A stretch of DNA of 42,731 nucleotides, taken from Catajapyx aquilonaris (taxonomy: Eukaryota). Made by a program: the position numbers and the translations under genes. The stretch lies in contig JYFJ02003452.1 in the NCBI GenBank assembly GCA_000934665.2, positions 1 through 42,731 on the forward strand. The letters are read 5' to 3'. The notes under the pieces were generated by a model. It searched no databases and was not told the origin of the DNA. It worked only from the letters and a program-made list of their open reading frames with translations. This document shows, one piece after another, positions 11,504 to 23,456 of the stretch (position 1 is the stretch's first letter; each line of letters begins with the position of its first letter).

Positions 11504-14500
11504 ATGCGGCTTTCGGCGCTCGGAATAGGCTGCGGCGGCGGCGTCGCTGCCGCCTTGCTGCTGATCCTGCTTCTGGCGTCTGGAGCGTCGGGGACGTCAG
11601 GACCTGCAGCCAGCGGCGCCGCGGAGAGTCCCCCAGGCGGCGACTGGACAGAGTGTCCTGGAAGCTGCAGGTGCAAGTGGGTGTCCGGAAAGAAGGTGGC
11701 CGAGTGCGCGGGCGCGGGCCTCTCCGCCGTGCCCAACACTTTAAGTCCAGAGATACAGGTGCTGGACCTCAGCTCAAACCTGATCCCGGTGCTGACCCGC
11801 GACGCCTTCAAGGCCGTCGGACTGGTCAACCTGCACAAGGTGTTCCTCAGGAGCTGCTCCATACGCGACGTCGACAAAGACGCCTTCCGGGACCTGAAGA
11901 TCATGATCGAGTTGGATCTCAGCCTCAACAGGGTCACATCTCTGCATCCGGACACTTTCAGGTTAGATATCACTTATTGTTGCGCTCTTGTTACATCCAC
12001 GTCACCTGCGCCGTACTTTTCTTACAGGGGAAACGACCGGTTGAGGGTCCTACTTCTGAACGACAACCCTTTGACGCAGCTGAAGCCGTTTCAGTTTCCG
12101 CCCCTGCCTCACCTCCGGACTCTGGAGCTGCAGAGATGTCGCATATCGCAGATGGCCAAGCAATCGATGGCCCATCTGACCACACTAGAAACACTCCTCC
12201 TCAACGGCAACCTGATCACCAACATGAGGCGGGAGGTACGTTGTTGTTTCTCAGTCTTTACATCTGCCATTTGAAGCCACCGAGGAACAAATCACTACTA
12301 CTGTTTGGATGGACTACCTCATAAAGTTGACAGTGTAAGATAAAAAAAGAGCCATTGATTGTGCCCTAAAACATGAATGCGAGGTTTCTCCAACCGTTTT
12401 ACTGATCGTTAGGGGCTAACTGCTGTATAAGTTAGTTTGTTGATATCCCAGTATAGTTATTAGTGGTCAATTAAAAGGTTGGAATGACCGGGCAGAAGCG
12501 ACTTTTCCCTGCAGAATCCACTGTAACTGTGGTTGGCTCGGATTAAGATGAATTCCCAGACGGAGTCGATGTCGCTCGGTCGTTGGTCGCTCCTGTTTGA
12601 AAGCCTGATATTTGGGTCTCCACTGCATCGGATTTTTCCTAATTTCCTTGTTGTACAGGTGCTGCAGCCGTTGACCCGCCTCAAGTCGCTGTCGCTGGAG
12701 AACAATCCGTGGAGATGCGACTGTCGACTGAAAGCCTTCCGCGACTGGATCCTGGAGAGAAACCTCTTCTCGGTTCCCACAGCCTGCGCAGAGCCAGAGA
12801 GGCTGGCAGGACGCACCTGGGACCACACATCCTCAGACGACTTTGCCTGCAAACCGGAGATACAGGTCAGTCGGCTGAAAGGCCTGTATACGTCCTCACG
12901 ATTTGAGCATCGGTCGCACGATTTGAGCATCGGTCGCACGACCAGATGCATCTGGTCGTGCGACCGATGGTCCAATCGTGAGGGCGTAAGCAGGTCTTTA
13001 TAGGCACAAGAGACGATGAATTGCAATTGGATCACCTTGTAACTTTGACATCCAGGTTCCTGAGGAAATCGTATACGGTTACGCGGGCGGCAACGCGACC
13101 CTGAGCTGCCTGGTGACGGCCAACCCTCCTCCGGAGATCAAATGGGTCCAAGGTGGACGCGTCCTGGCCAACTTGTCCCGGATCCCGTTTGGACCCCAGC
13201 TGTACATAATCCGAGAGGAAGTGGACGGGGAGGCTGGCAGCGGAGCCACTGGAGGAGTGGAGAGGTGGACCAACCTGACCATCGCCAGGGCGGACGAGCA
13301 GGACGCAGGGGAGTACACGTGCGTGGCCAGGAACGCGGGCGGCGTGGCCGAGCGAAACGTGACGCTGCTCTTCCCAGAGGCGCCCATGTTGCTGCCTGAA
13401 GGATCGCCGCCTCTCAACTCCCACTTGGGACTGCTGGCAGGCGGGGCTGCAGGGCTGGCGGTGCTGTTAGTGTTGGTGGGTCTGGTGGTCTACTGCTTCT
13501 GCTCCAGGAGGAGGCAGAGGAACCGCGGGCGAGACCGGCCCCTGCCCCCAGTGGGCAAGAAGAAGAAGAAGAAAAAGAAGGGCGAGCTTCTGACCGCGGA
13601 GGAGTGCGCCAGGAAACTCAACGGGAGCCTGGGCATCTCTTATTCGGACCAGGCCAAGCAGCTGTTGGACGTCAACCCGCTGAAGAAGCCGCCGAGGGTG
13701 GTCGTGCACGGAAACTATGAGGTATGTCTGCTCTGGCAGGTTCCGTGGTGTTCCCATGCGAGACGCCTCTTCTTCCTCAGGGCGTTCCCCAGACTGATGT
13801 TGAGATGTGCGAGCTGAGTCGCCAGCAGCACATGTCGGCGGTGCTTCTTCCCAACAACAACTCATCGCCGTCTCCGGCGTCGATGGTGACGTCGGCGTCG
13901 GATCTGCCTCCGTCTGCATTCCCGATGATCCTTCCCGACTGCGACGGAGGACCTCCGAGCTACGTGGCGTCCGAGCGGTTCGACGACGTGGCCGCCGGCG
14001 AGCCCCTCTCCGCCTCCACGTCCATGCTGGGCCAGCCGCACATGCAGCACCCGCAGCACCCATCGCACCCGCAGAACCACCTGCAACCGCACCCTGTCAT
14101 GGTCTCGCAGTCTCCACTGGCCGGCGCCGGAGCCCCTTCGTCGCGGCGCAGCTCATCCGACGCCCCTCTCCTGGCGCACGACCTCAGCTCTGCCTCGGCG
14201 CAGTACCCAGACCTTCTAGACATACCAGCCAGAGCGAAGCAGAGCTCTCCAAGGTCAGTCTAACCTTTGGGTCACTCCCACGTTTCGGCATGCCATGTCC
14301 CATGGCCCCTCCCTGTTTATTTGAATTGTCGGTTGGCGTTAGTAGCTCGACGGCGTCGACGGCGCCTGACACCAGCCGGATGGCGCCGATGTCGTCTCCG
14401 GCGCCGCAGCAGCTGAACCCGGCGCATCTGGAGCCTCTTCCGGCCGCATACTTCCCCTACGTAGAGCAGCAGTCTCTCCTGATGGCCCCAAGACCCGGCT

Positions 14501-14958
14501 ACGTCACCCTGCCCCGGAAGCCCAGGGGCAGCCCCTCGTGGGCCCCCAGCCCGTCCCCTGCCCCGGCGGCCCCACCAGCCCCGACCAGCCCGACCCCGAC
14601 CCCAGGAGGCCCCGACAACCCAGTGGTGAAGCTGGAGCCCATGTACGACAACCTGGGCCCCCGCACCACGGCAGACGGCAGCTCCTGGCTGGCCCTGGAC
14701 GACATCCTGGCCGGGAACATGGCCGCCATCGGGGCGCGGCAGGGCGCGGCCTTCGTCCTGCAGCCATACCGGTCCCCAGCGGAACCCCCCGCCGCCGCCG
14801 CCGCCACCCTGCCCAGGGCCAAGCCGCCAGTTCCGCCCAAGCCCAGGAAACAGACACAGCCCATTGGCCTCGGGGCCGCCCCCATGACGGCCCTGGCAGC
14901 CGTGCCGGAAGGGCATGATTTCTTCCAGGACGAAGGCGAGGATGGCACCGAAGTTTGA
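11504..14958 (+). CDS. kek: Kekkon-family LRR-Ig (LIG) single-pass transmembrane protein, Kek5/Kek6-like, ~875 aa
   Basis: Exons 11504-11961, 12028-12235, 12659-12865, 13056-13721, 13781-14253, 14343-14958; all introns GT-AG, total 2628 nt in frame. Domains: signal peptide, LRRNT (DWTECPGSCRCKWVSGKKVAEC), LRRs, LRRCT (NNPWRCDCRL), Ig (DAGEYTCVARN), TM (GLAVLLVLVGLVVYCFC). Cytoplasmic Kek motifs: NPLKKPPR, YPDLLD, GYVTLPRKPR, EPMYDNLGPRTTADGSS and the PDZ ligand GTEV*. An acceptor at 11394 suggests an upstream UTR exon. Confidence 0.93.
12878..12999. mobile_element. Palindromic MITE (PIF/Harbinger-like termini) in kek intron 3
   Basis: aaaggcctgtatacgtcctcacgatt pairs with aatcgtgagggcgtaagcaggtcttt. 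It has a 42-bp perfect core palindrome at 12928-12969 and a 20-bp tandem duplication at 12901-12940. Confidence 0.75.
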
Positions 14959-14988
14959 GCTTGGTCTTCGTCCCACGCGCCATGCCAC

Positions 14989-15294
14989 TGGGTTAATTCC
15001 GAACCGGGGAGTGACGTCACGGACTGTGGTGACGTCAGGTCGTGCTCTGGTTGGTTCGTGTAGATGCCCGTGACGTCACCAGGTGTTCTGATTGGCTCGA
15101 GTGAACCCCATCGGGGGCGTGGCCACTAGCGGCCACGCCTGCGCTGGGTGACGTCAAGTCCTCTGATTCGTTCGTGTGGACAGGTGACGTTTGGTTGGTT
15201 CGTGTGGACTTCATTGGAGGCGTGGCCATGTCTGATTGGTCGGAGCGTATCTCCGTGACGTCACAGCCCGCCATTTTTGGTCGGAATTAACCCA
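14989..15294. mobile_element. MITE-like element in the kek 3' UTR carrying five TGACGTCA palindromes
   Basis: 14-bp TIR tgggttaattccga / tcggaattaaccca. TGACGTCA occurs at 15012, 15030, 15071, 15149 and 15256, interleaved with ctgattggttcgtg-like subrepeats. Confidence 0.7.
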
Positions 15295-18200
15295 CCGTGA
15301 GACGTAAGGTGGCTGATTCACCCCCCTTTCCTCCCATTCCCCCCACCCCCTGAAACACCCCCCAATTTCACACCCCAGTAGCCGCATCGGTGCTTCCAGC
15401 AACTACCCCCCCGCAATTACGTCTTCTCAAAGCTTCATTTTGTACACTTTCTGTTTTAATTGCAATCAAACTTTGCGCTTTAATATCAATATTCAGGTGA
15501 GTCCGTCTCAAAGACGCGGATAACGAAGATTAATGAGTGATCGTTAATTACTCCTTGGGTTTAATTACGGGTTTTTTCCTGGGGCGAACCGAGACAAGAG
15601 GCTCAGGCTGACGTTACGTACAAAGCAGTGCAGTCCATTGTTGCCAAGTTTTATTTTTTAGATAGAGAGAGAGAGAAAAAAGTGAGCGACAATTACACTG
15701 GTTGTTTTTAAACAAAAATTGAACAAACGCGGGGTTTATCCAGACCTATCCGACTCAATGCATTACAAGCTTGTATTTCGTGCCCTCCATTGTAACTGCT
15801 TATGAGTTGCTTGCTTTATTTTTTAAACTCCCGCTGTTGCTACTAGAGCGGACCTCAAAATAAGCAGCTTTCTGACAAATAAGCAGTTATGTTACTAGCT
15901 ACTCGACTGCTACTTTTTTTAAATAAAAAAATAATAATGCAGCATGAGTTGGATAGGTCTAATTCTGGTTTTCATTTGCGAGTTACTACCTGTTGCACTA
16001 ATAAGCTGGCCTTTAATGACGAATTAGCCACAACTTAGGCCTACTAATTGGCAAGGAAAAAAAGTGTTAAACAATATTAGTAGCTACTGATAAATTCGGT
16101 AGTTATGCTTTCCCGTCACCATCACTTACTAACGGCCTGTTATAGAGGCCTGTTAAAATTGACGGATGGTTTCATTAACCTGACTTGTCGTTAACTGTTA
16201 ACGCCAAACACAACCTAACTATCAAACGGATTGAAAATGTTCGAGCCTAATTCAGAAAGGTAATATTTAAACGATACGTTTAAAATATTTGTGAAAGTCA
16301 CTGAAGCGCAAATTTAACCGAAATCAATTTAGACGATGTTTATAGCACTTTTAAAAAAGTGAACACACATGAATCGTAGGATGGTTAAGGTTTCAGTGAC
16401 TTCAAAAATATTTAAAACAAATCGTGTAGGTTAGGTGACTTATCTAACAGTCCGTTTTATTTAAAGACTGGCTTCTGTGCAATGGAACTTAACTTGCTAA
16501 TTAGCAACCGCTTAACTAATTGTCATTAGCCCATCGCTAATTTTGACCATTCCCTGGTGCTATTCCCACTTTTTGAACTCAGTCACCTTACTTTAAGACA
16601 AAGAACCTACTACCCTCCCCCCCCCATTCCCTCTCACAACACCCCCCCCCCCCCAATCTTTTGAAGAAACCTTGTCATAATTATAATTATTTCTAAGATA
16701 AAAAAGATAAGCATTCCTCTCAAATAAAAATGTGCCTTTCGTTGTTAACGGTTGAATCTGTGCGCTCGGGACAGGTGGATTTAAGATGAAAAAAAAAGAA
16801 GAATTAAAAAAGTATATATAACAAATATATATATCTATGAACACACACATACGAAGATATATGGACTTGGCAGTACCTGCCTCCCCCTTCCTCCCATTAC
16901 CCCCCCCCCCACCCGCCTGTTTACTAATTACTATTAAAACTACGACCTCTGATGTGGGATGTTGTGTTCAAATGCGTGAGTGCGATGTTTCAAATTTTTC
17001 TTTTTTGTGAACAAGAATATTTCTCATCGACTTAGGTATTGTTGTGGATCGAGTGCGTGTTTTTACCTCCCAACCCCCCCTCCTCCACACCCCCTCATCC
17101 CCCACCAGGACAATGGTGGAGAAAATCTGTTGTTTCCTTCGCCTAAATCCTCCCCCCCACCAAAGTACCAATCGCTTCCAAACAAAAGAGAAAAAAAAAA
17201 TCACCAGTTATCACGTCAAAACAGGAGAGTTTGTTACGAATATTTAAGAAAAAAATAAATAAAGGCAAAGTGAACTGTGAGATTTTAAAACAAAATATCT
17301 AAAAAAAATAATAACAGACACGAAATGTGCAGCTAACCCTATACGACAACGTTTATAACAATTCCTCTTTTTTGGTGGATTGAATGACTGTGATTGTTGG
17401 CTGTTTTTCCTTTTTTTAATTTTTTGTCTATTTTTTTTCGTGGAATCATTTTTGGTCGTCCCCTGCCAGTGAATCAATCAGTGGACAGAACTTTATATTT
17501 GCTTTAGTTTGCCATTTCCTCCCAATCCTCCCCCTTTTTTGAAAAAAAAACACTTTTTGAACAATGATCTCGGCTTGTGATCGATAAGTTGGTATCGGTT
17601 GCAAGAACAACTCTCTCTCAAAAAAAAAGAACTACAAGTGTAAAGAGCATCAAAGTCGAGATCGAGGCGGACACTTTTTTAATAATCCGCCTGATTCGAA
17701 TTTTTGGGACTTGGCTCCAAAATATTTTTTTTTTTATACACACTCATCCGCTTTCATTGTGCTAGTTTCTACGTGTATTTTTCTCCTACCTTAACTACCC
17801 CTGCTCCCCAAACATATAGTTTTTAGTTTCGGACCCTATACCTCGCTTATTTTTTTATTGTAATTTGGGTGCCAAATTTTTAGTTCTAGTTCTACGTGTT
17901 TTTTTTGTGTACAATTTTTTTTCTCCTTTTTGGTGGAAAAAAATCTTTTGAGTGAGGAAAAAAAAGCCATGTTGCCACGTTGCTCTTTTTGAACGTTATT
18001 TCATGTGGACAGTGTGTGCTGAGTGTTGGCGAAAAATAATTTTGCCTCGCTTTTTCTTTTCTTCATGCCTAGTACGGATATTAACACACACCAAAAAAAA
18101 AATGTTAACTACCCCCCCCCCCCCTCCAAGAAGAAGAAAATAACGACCCCCTCTCCACTTGTAAACTCTCCCCCTCTCTCCACCCACCCTCCTCTCCTCC

Positions 18201-18384
18201 CTCCATTACACGGTTTTTGAATGTATGGCCTATTCATCAGTGAGAGCAAATGTTTTTCAAAGACTTTGTAATTATTTCCTCAATAAAAAACGATCTCGAG
18301 AAGGAAGGATTATATCACTTTATCAACCGGAAGGTGTTTCTTTCACTATTTGTGTTTGTGTGTGTTTTAGACTGTTTCTCTATA

Positions 18385-18840
18385 CGAAAAAGAGTCTTTA
18401 AAACTGCTATGTTCGTCTGTCTGTCTGTGGACATGTATTAGAACCTGAACCGTATGAGATAGCGACAAACTGTTTTCGGATTCAGATTCAGCTTCTGGGT
18501 TCACTCTATCCGCCAAGGTCGAGTTAATTTCCATGGGTTGCTTGTCAGCAGGAAATGAGACTGACAACACTATATGTCATTGTTGTACAGTTTGAATTCC
18601 CCTGGCAATGAGAAAAAGTCTGCTAGAGAATCACGATGGCGCTATTTGCCAATCTTGTTATACATTTCATTAGGGCAAAAGTCCAATGGAAGGAACTGTG
18701 ACGACACTGTTCTGAAGATATGAGACTGACAACATTCTACGTCATTGTTGTCCACTTGGAATTTCCTTGTCAGTGGGGGAAAAAAGTCTACTCGAATCAC
18801 GATGTCGTGATTTGCCAATCTTGTTCTACATTTCAGAAGG
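18385..18840 (+). mobile_element. DINE-1/HINE-like element, copy 2, with an internal duplication
   Basis: A (GTCT)n tract followed by gtggaca, homologous to 10930-11300. The block tgagactgacaaca...tacatttca is present twice (~18556-18669 and ~18721-18835). Confidence 0.6.
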
Positions 18841-21534
18841 GCAACACTGTCCTAACGTGGCCAATGATAAGGTGTGTGATTTTATGTCGAATTTAGACGA
18901 GACTGTGTCCACTGCGACTCATCACCAACGTGCTGGAGGGTAGGTGTTCCCCCCTTTTTTTCTCTCAAATATGATGTCGAAATGATTGGATGCACTTCCT
19001 CCTCCTGATGATGAGGTATGTAGAGAGATGGGTCGACCCAGGGCGACCTGGCAAAATCCGAAGCAAACGACCGGAAACTCCGATTCCCTGTAATTGGCAC
19101 TTTGGGGGCGGCTCCTTGGGACCTGGGCTGGAAATAAACGTCGCTTCCTCTCTCTCCAACTCCGCTTAATCAATCCTCCTTGTCTTTTGACTCTCTCTAG
19201 CTGAGGGAAGGGTAAGGGGGGGAAAGGAAGGGGGGGGGGGGGGAGACGACTTGCAGATATTATTCTGACTGACTGGCTCATAATTATGGAGCGATTCCAT
19301 TTTCCATTCCGTGTTCCCCTTCCGCTTGATCCTCGCCAGGTGTGGATGATGCCCGGAAGGAAATCTTTAGCCATTCATCCTCCTTGCAGGCTCCCCCCCT
19401 CTCTTAAGAAGAAGGTATGAGAAGAGGGCTATATAAAAGAAAAAGGGTTGAGGGAGGGGGATCAGTACGATAAATTCATGTCACGGAGACTTTGATTGCT
19501 TTTTCACCTTGTCGATTCCGGAGAATTGCCTCCATCCCTTCCCCGCATNCCCCCCAGCAGCTTCCTCTCCTTTGTAATCATCTTCGCATGTTATTCCCTC
19601 CAATCCGGAGTGTCAGAAGTGTCAGGAGCAGGCCCTGCCCCCGAAAAGTACGACATATGTACGTTAGTCAACCTCCATTTGGGAACCTCACTTTTTCTCT
19701 CTCTTTCTTTTTCTTTATTTTCAGAGCCAGAACTGTGAGAGAGAATCGCGGAAGATTTCGCGCAAAAGTTGCTCGCAAAAGATAGGCTTCAGGCGAGGAC
19801 TGTAGAAGCTGGCTGCTCTTTATACTGCCCAGATGCTGGGCCAATATTTTATTGCTGTTTTCCTGGTTAGTTTGTAAACACCGCTCCATATACGAGTAGT
19901 CGTGTATTTCTTCCAATTTGCTCCTTATTTTTAAGAGGTTACTTAGGCGCAGGCTGGGCCTTCCAAAGTTGGATTCAATTGTAACTGGAAAACTTGACCT
20001 ACATAATTTGAACCATTGGCATCTGAGGTCAGTGGTTTAGCAGCTTGGTGTCTTTCATTATCATTTGCGGGGAAAAACAAGACGATAAAAGTCTTGGCAC
20101 TTTGTCAACATGTGACGTGTACTGTACAAGAAGTGTGAATCGATCACTTTTGTCATTTCTGCATCACTCTTGTATAGGCCACACTATCAATGTTTGTAAA
20201 GGTTGTTTTTGGCAGCCTGTATTTCACTGCTGGCGATTGTTTAATAAACAAATTCGTATACGATGAAGCGCAGGCCTCCATTTGCCACAATCCGGCCTTT
20301 TGTATCCATTTCAAGAGTGTGAAGCTTGAAAGTTGAAACCACAATATTTCTGGCGATTGAACTTGCTCGACTCTCTCTCTAATTATCCGAATGAGTCTAC
20401 GAAGGGCGGGTATTTAGGCCTTTAGGAGGCAGCTAATTCTCCAATTAGTGATAATGGAACTTCCTCCCCACCGAAAACACCCGGCAACCATTATGCGAAC
20501 GTCTCCTTGAACCAACCGGGTTTCGTATAGTAATATTATTGGCGTGCAGCGCACATCACACGCACAACCGAGCCATTGTTGCAAAACCCGTCCGTTAATA
20601 GAGAGGCATCGCTTAATACTCGTTTGCGCCCCGTAATTAATTCATTTTCACTTAGCGTTGCCTGGCTGGAGCAGCGCACAGCATTCCATATATTATATAA
20701 CCAAACCCTCATCATGCTGTGCAATAGCAGGGTCGCTTCATTATTCCCCAATTAGCGAGTGTCAATCGCGTTTCCGGTTTGCTTGCTGGTGGCAGCACTG
20801 CTCGTTTGGCGAGCCGAAATTTTTGGGGGGGGGGATAGGACCAGAAGGAAACGGATTTTTTTTTGGCGAGGTTGGTGGCTAATGGGCCGGTTGCATTAAC
20901 CCTCCTGCGTATACGTGTGTGTGTGTGTGCACCTCTGGCGCGTCAGTCGTCGTGTGGCGTCACCTCTTCCGCCCCATTTGATTATAATGCAAGTGCCATT
21001 AGAGCGGGCTGTAAAGCCGCGCTCTCAAGTATTCGCGGAAACCATTAGAAACCACATCATTTCACAAAGCCCGCATTTGCCATTATTAGGCCCCCCCTCC
21101 CTTCGCATTGTTTAGTGGGGGGATGGGGAACACCGTTGTCCACATGCGTTTGCAAGATGGCCCACACATATTCGGTTGTTTGGGAATGGGAGGAAGAAGG
21201 TACCAGGAGAGAGATAAATTCGGGAGGGGAAATGGCCCGGAAACAGCTGCCGACGACGCTCTCATTATCTTTCTTGCTGGTGATTCACACAATTCTTCAC
21301 ACGAAATATTATTGTTATGCTTCTTGTTAATATGGAGTCTACTTTGGACAACGCAGTGCTTCTTGGACTGTTGATTTGTCAAGATATACTGTACTTACGT
21401 GCACTTGAAGCATTGGAATTAAAACCTTCAAGTGGCCGTTTCATAATGGTTTGAATAAGAGGCTGTGACAATCGTACTGCCGGAAATATCCGATATCGTC
21501 TCGGATAAAACCTGATCTGAATGGGCGCAAATTT

Positions 21535-21639
21535 GTTCAACACAAAAATAATTGCTCTTACTATTACTTACTCCTTACTTTTGCTCTCATTAAATGAGAG
21601 CAAGAGTAAGTAAGGAGTAAGATTTTTTTTGTGCTGAAC
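21535..21639. repeat. Small palindromic element upstream of caspase A
   Basis: gttcaacacaaaaa pairs with tttttgtgctgaac; the core is ttactccttactt..ttgctctcat-taa-atgagagcaa..aagtaaggagtaa. Confidence 0.7.
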
Positions 21640-21949
21640 ACACTACAAACTTGCGTCAACATTGGCTAAAACAGAATATGCTATTATTTTTAGCCTATGC
21701 CGTATAGTTATCAGTGTCATAAGCATGTGCTCACATGTTGCATTCCGGTTGTTAATACACCGCAACATCCTTGCATTGGAGCTTTTGATAAGGATAAGGG
21801 TGCGCCATGGAAACCGCAGAAGAGAAGTAGTGGCTGGTGAATTCCCTGGCAGCCTTTATCTCCGATCAAAGTCCGATTCTTGTAACAGGCTGACCTTCGC
21901 ATCCGGCATGAGAGACCGGCAGTCTCCAGTTGTAGCTTTGTGTGTAAAC

Positions 21950-23456
21950 ATGTCTGATGTTGTCTCAGCAACATCCTACCCGGGTCGGCAGGTGCGTCCA
22001 GCAGCAGGCTGCAGTAGGTCACCAGCCGACCCCTTCAGGGCTCTGTACCGCAGTGTTTCTCGCTCCAAGATCACAGGTCAGTGTTGTCCCACAGGCTAGT
22101 ACCTTGCCAGTTTTGTGCATGTGGTCGTGTGCAGATGCTGTCTGTGCGTGCATGGGGAATCGGCGGATGTCGACGCATGACGACGACGACGACGAAGAGG
22201 ACGTGACCTCTTCACTGATCGCTTCAGATGCCGACCGCCTCCTTGCGCAGGTCATGGCCGACTCTGCGTACACCAGGCATGGCCCGCAGGTCAAGGGTCG
22301 GGTGATCATATTCAATCACCTGTTTGAGCAAGACCCGGAGCTGTACCGTCGAGGGGCAACAGCAGACGAAATGGCCCTGAAGAAGCTGTCCAAGGACCTC
22401 GGTCTAGACGTGATTGTGTACAGGGACAAGACGAAGCAGGAAATCGTGGACATACTTTTCGAGGGTAAGCCCCTTCGCTCTCTCTTTGGCTATATAGTGA
22501 CCGGTGTTGTTTCAGTGTCGGGCGATGACCACAGCTCCAATGACCTCCTGGTGGTGGTTGTGATGACCCATGGTGACAAGAACACCCTGACAGCTTCTGA
22601 TGGCGAATACAGCACCGAAGAACTCTGGCTGCCATTCAAGGACGACAACTGCAAGGGCCTGGCTGGAAAACCAAAGATATTTCTCATTCAGGTAAGTAGC
22701 GAAAGGTACGAGTTGTGGCATGATTGTGAGTCACACTCTGAATCATGTGAGTGTGTGTACACAAATGCGTAGCTCAGACTGCATGTTACCTTCAAAGTTT
22801 CACGGACGAGCCCTTGACCTTCTGTCTTATCCTTATCATATTGGGCTCGATATACGTACGCAACCATAGCTGTAAAATCCCTACACACATGTTCAGAAAG
22901 CTAAATCGAGTGAAATGATAGTGGATGGAATTTTCGTCCCACAGCTATAGTTACTGCTAACTTAGCAGTACCGCTAGTAGGCCTACTGCTAAGTTAGCAG
23001 TGGGACGAAATTGTTTTACTCAATGTTTTTCAGGCCTGCCGCGGCCATGACGTGGACAGCGGCCTGATGGTGATGGGTCACCCGACTCGTCCTGCCCGTG
23101 GTACGGCCACTACTGAAGACGCTGCCCCGGGGCCATCCGCCCCTGCCTCCCCGCCCAGGGGCAGCCCCGAGCTGATGCGTCTCCCTCCAGACTGTCTCCT
23201 GGCCCACGCCACCACTTTTGGGAACGTGGCCTTCCTGGACCCTAACGACGGGTCCTTCTTCATCCAGGAGGTGGTTCGGGTCTTCCAGGCCAGGAGGTCA
23301 TCCGGGGGGTCACCTCCACACGTTCTGACCCTAATGACCGAGGTCACCAGGAACGTGGCTCTCCTGCACGAGTCTCAATCCAGCAGGAGGGATCGACATG
23401 GCATGAAGCAAGTGCCTTCCGTCCAATCAGCTCTCACCAAGGAACTTTACCTCTGA
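21950..23456 (+). CDS. Caspase (peptidase C14A), short prodomain, divergent; caspase A, ~351 aa
   Basis: Exons 21950-22076, 22135-22464, 22516-22691, 23034-23456 (1056 nt in frame; alternative starts at 21908, 22152 or 22167 are possible). Motifs: GRVIIFNH, RRGATAD, VVVMTHG (His 22569-71), LAGKPKIFLIQ|ACRG (Cys 23037-39, split by a phase-0 intron), DGSFFIQ, KQVP...LTKELYL*. Confidence 0.9.
22929..23012. mobile_element. Short palindromic element in caspase A intron 3, related to the 1004-1101 core
   Basis: aattttcgtcccacagctatagttactgctaacttagcagta ... tactgctaagttagcagtgggacgaaatt. Confidence 0.75.

Noticed and set aside
11362..15020. Many overlapping alternative-frame and antisense ORFs over kek
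   Set aside because: Expected in GC-rich coding DNA; no recognisable domains.
16205..16460. Degenerate inverted repeat (aaatattt..aagtcactgaa / ttcagtgactt..aaatattt)
   Set aside because: Probably an old foldback element, but too decayed to delimit.
3936..19549. Ambiguous bases at 3936 and 19549
   Set aside because: They lie in or beside G/C homopolymers, so this is sequencing uncertainty rather than biology.
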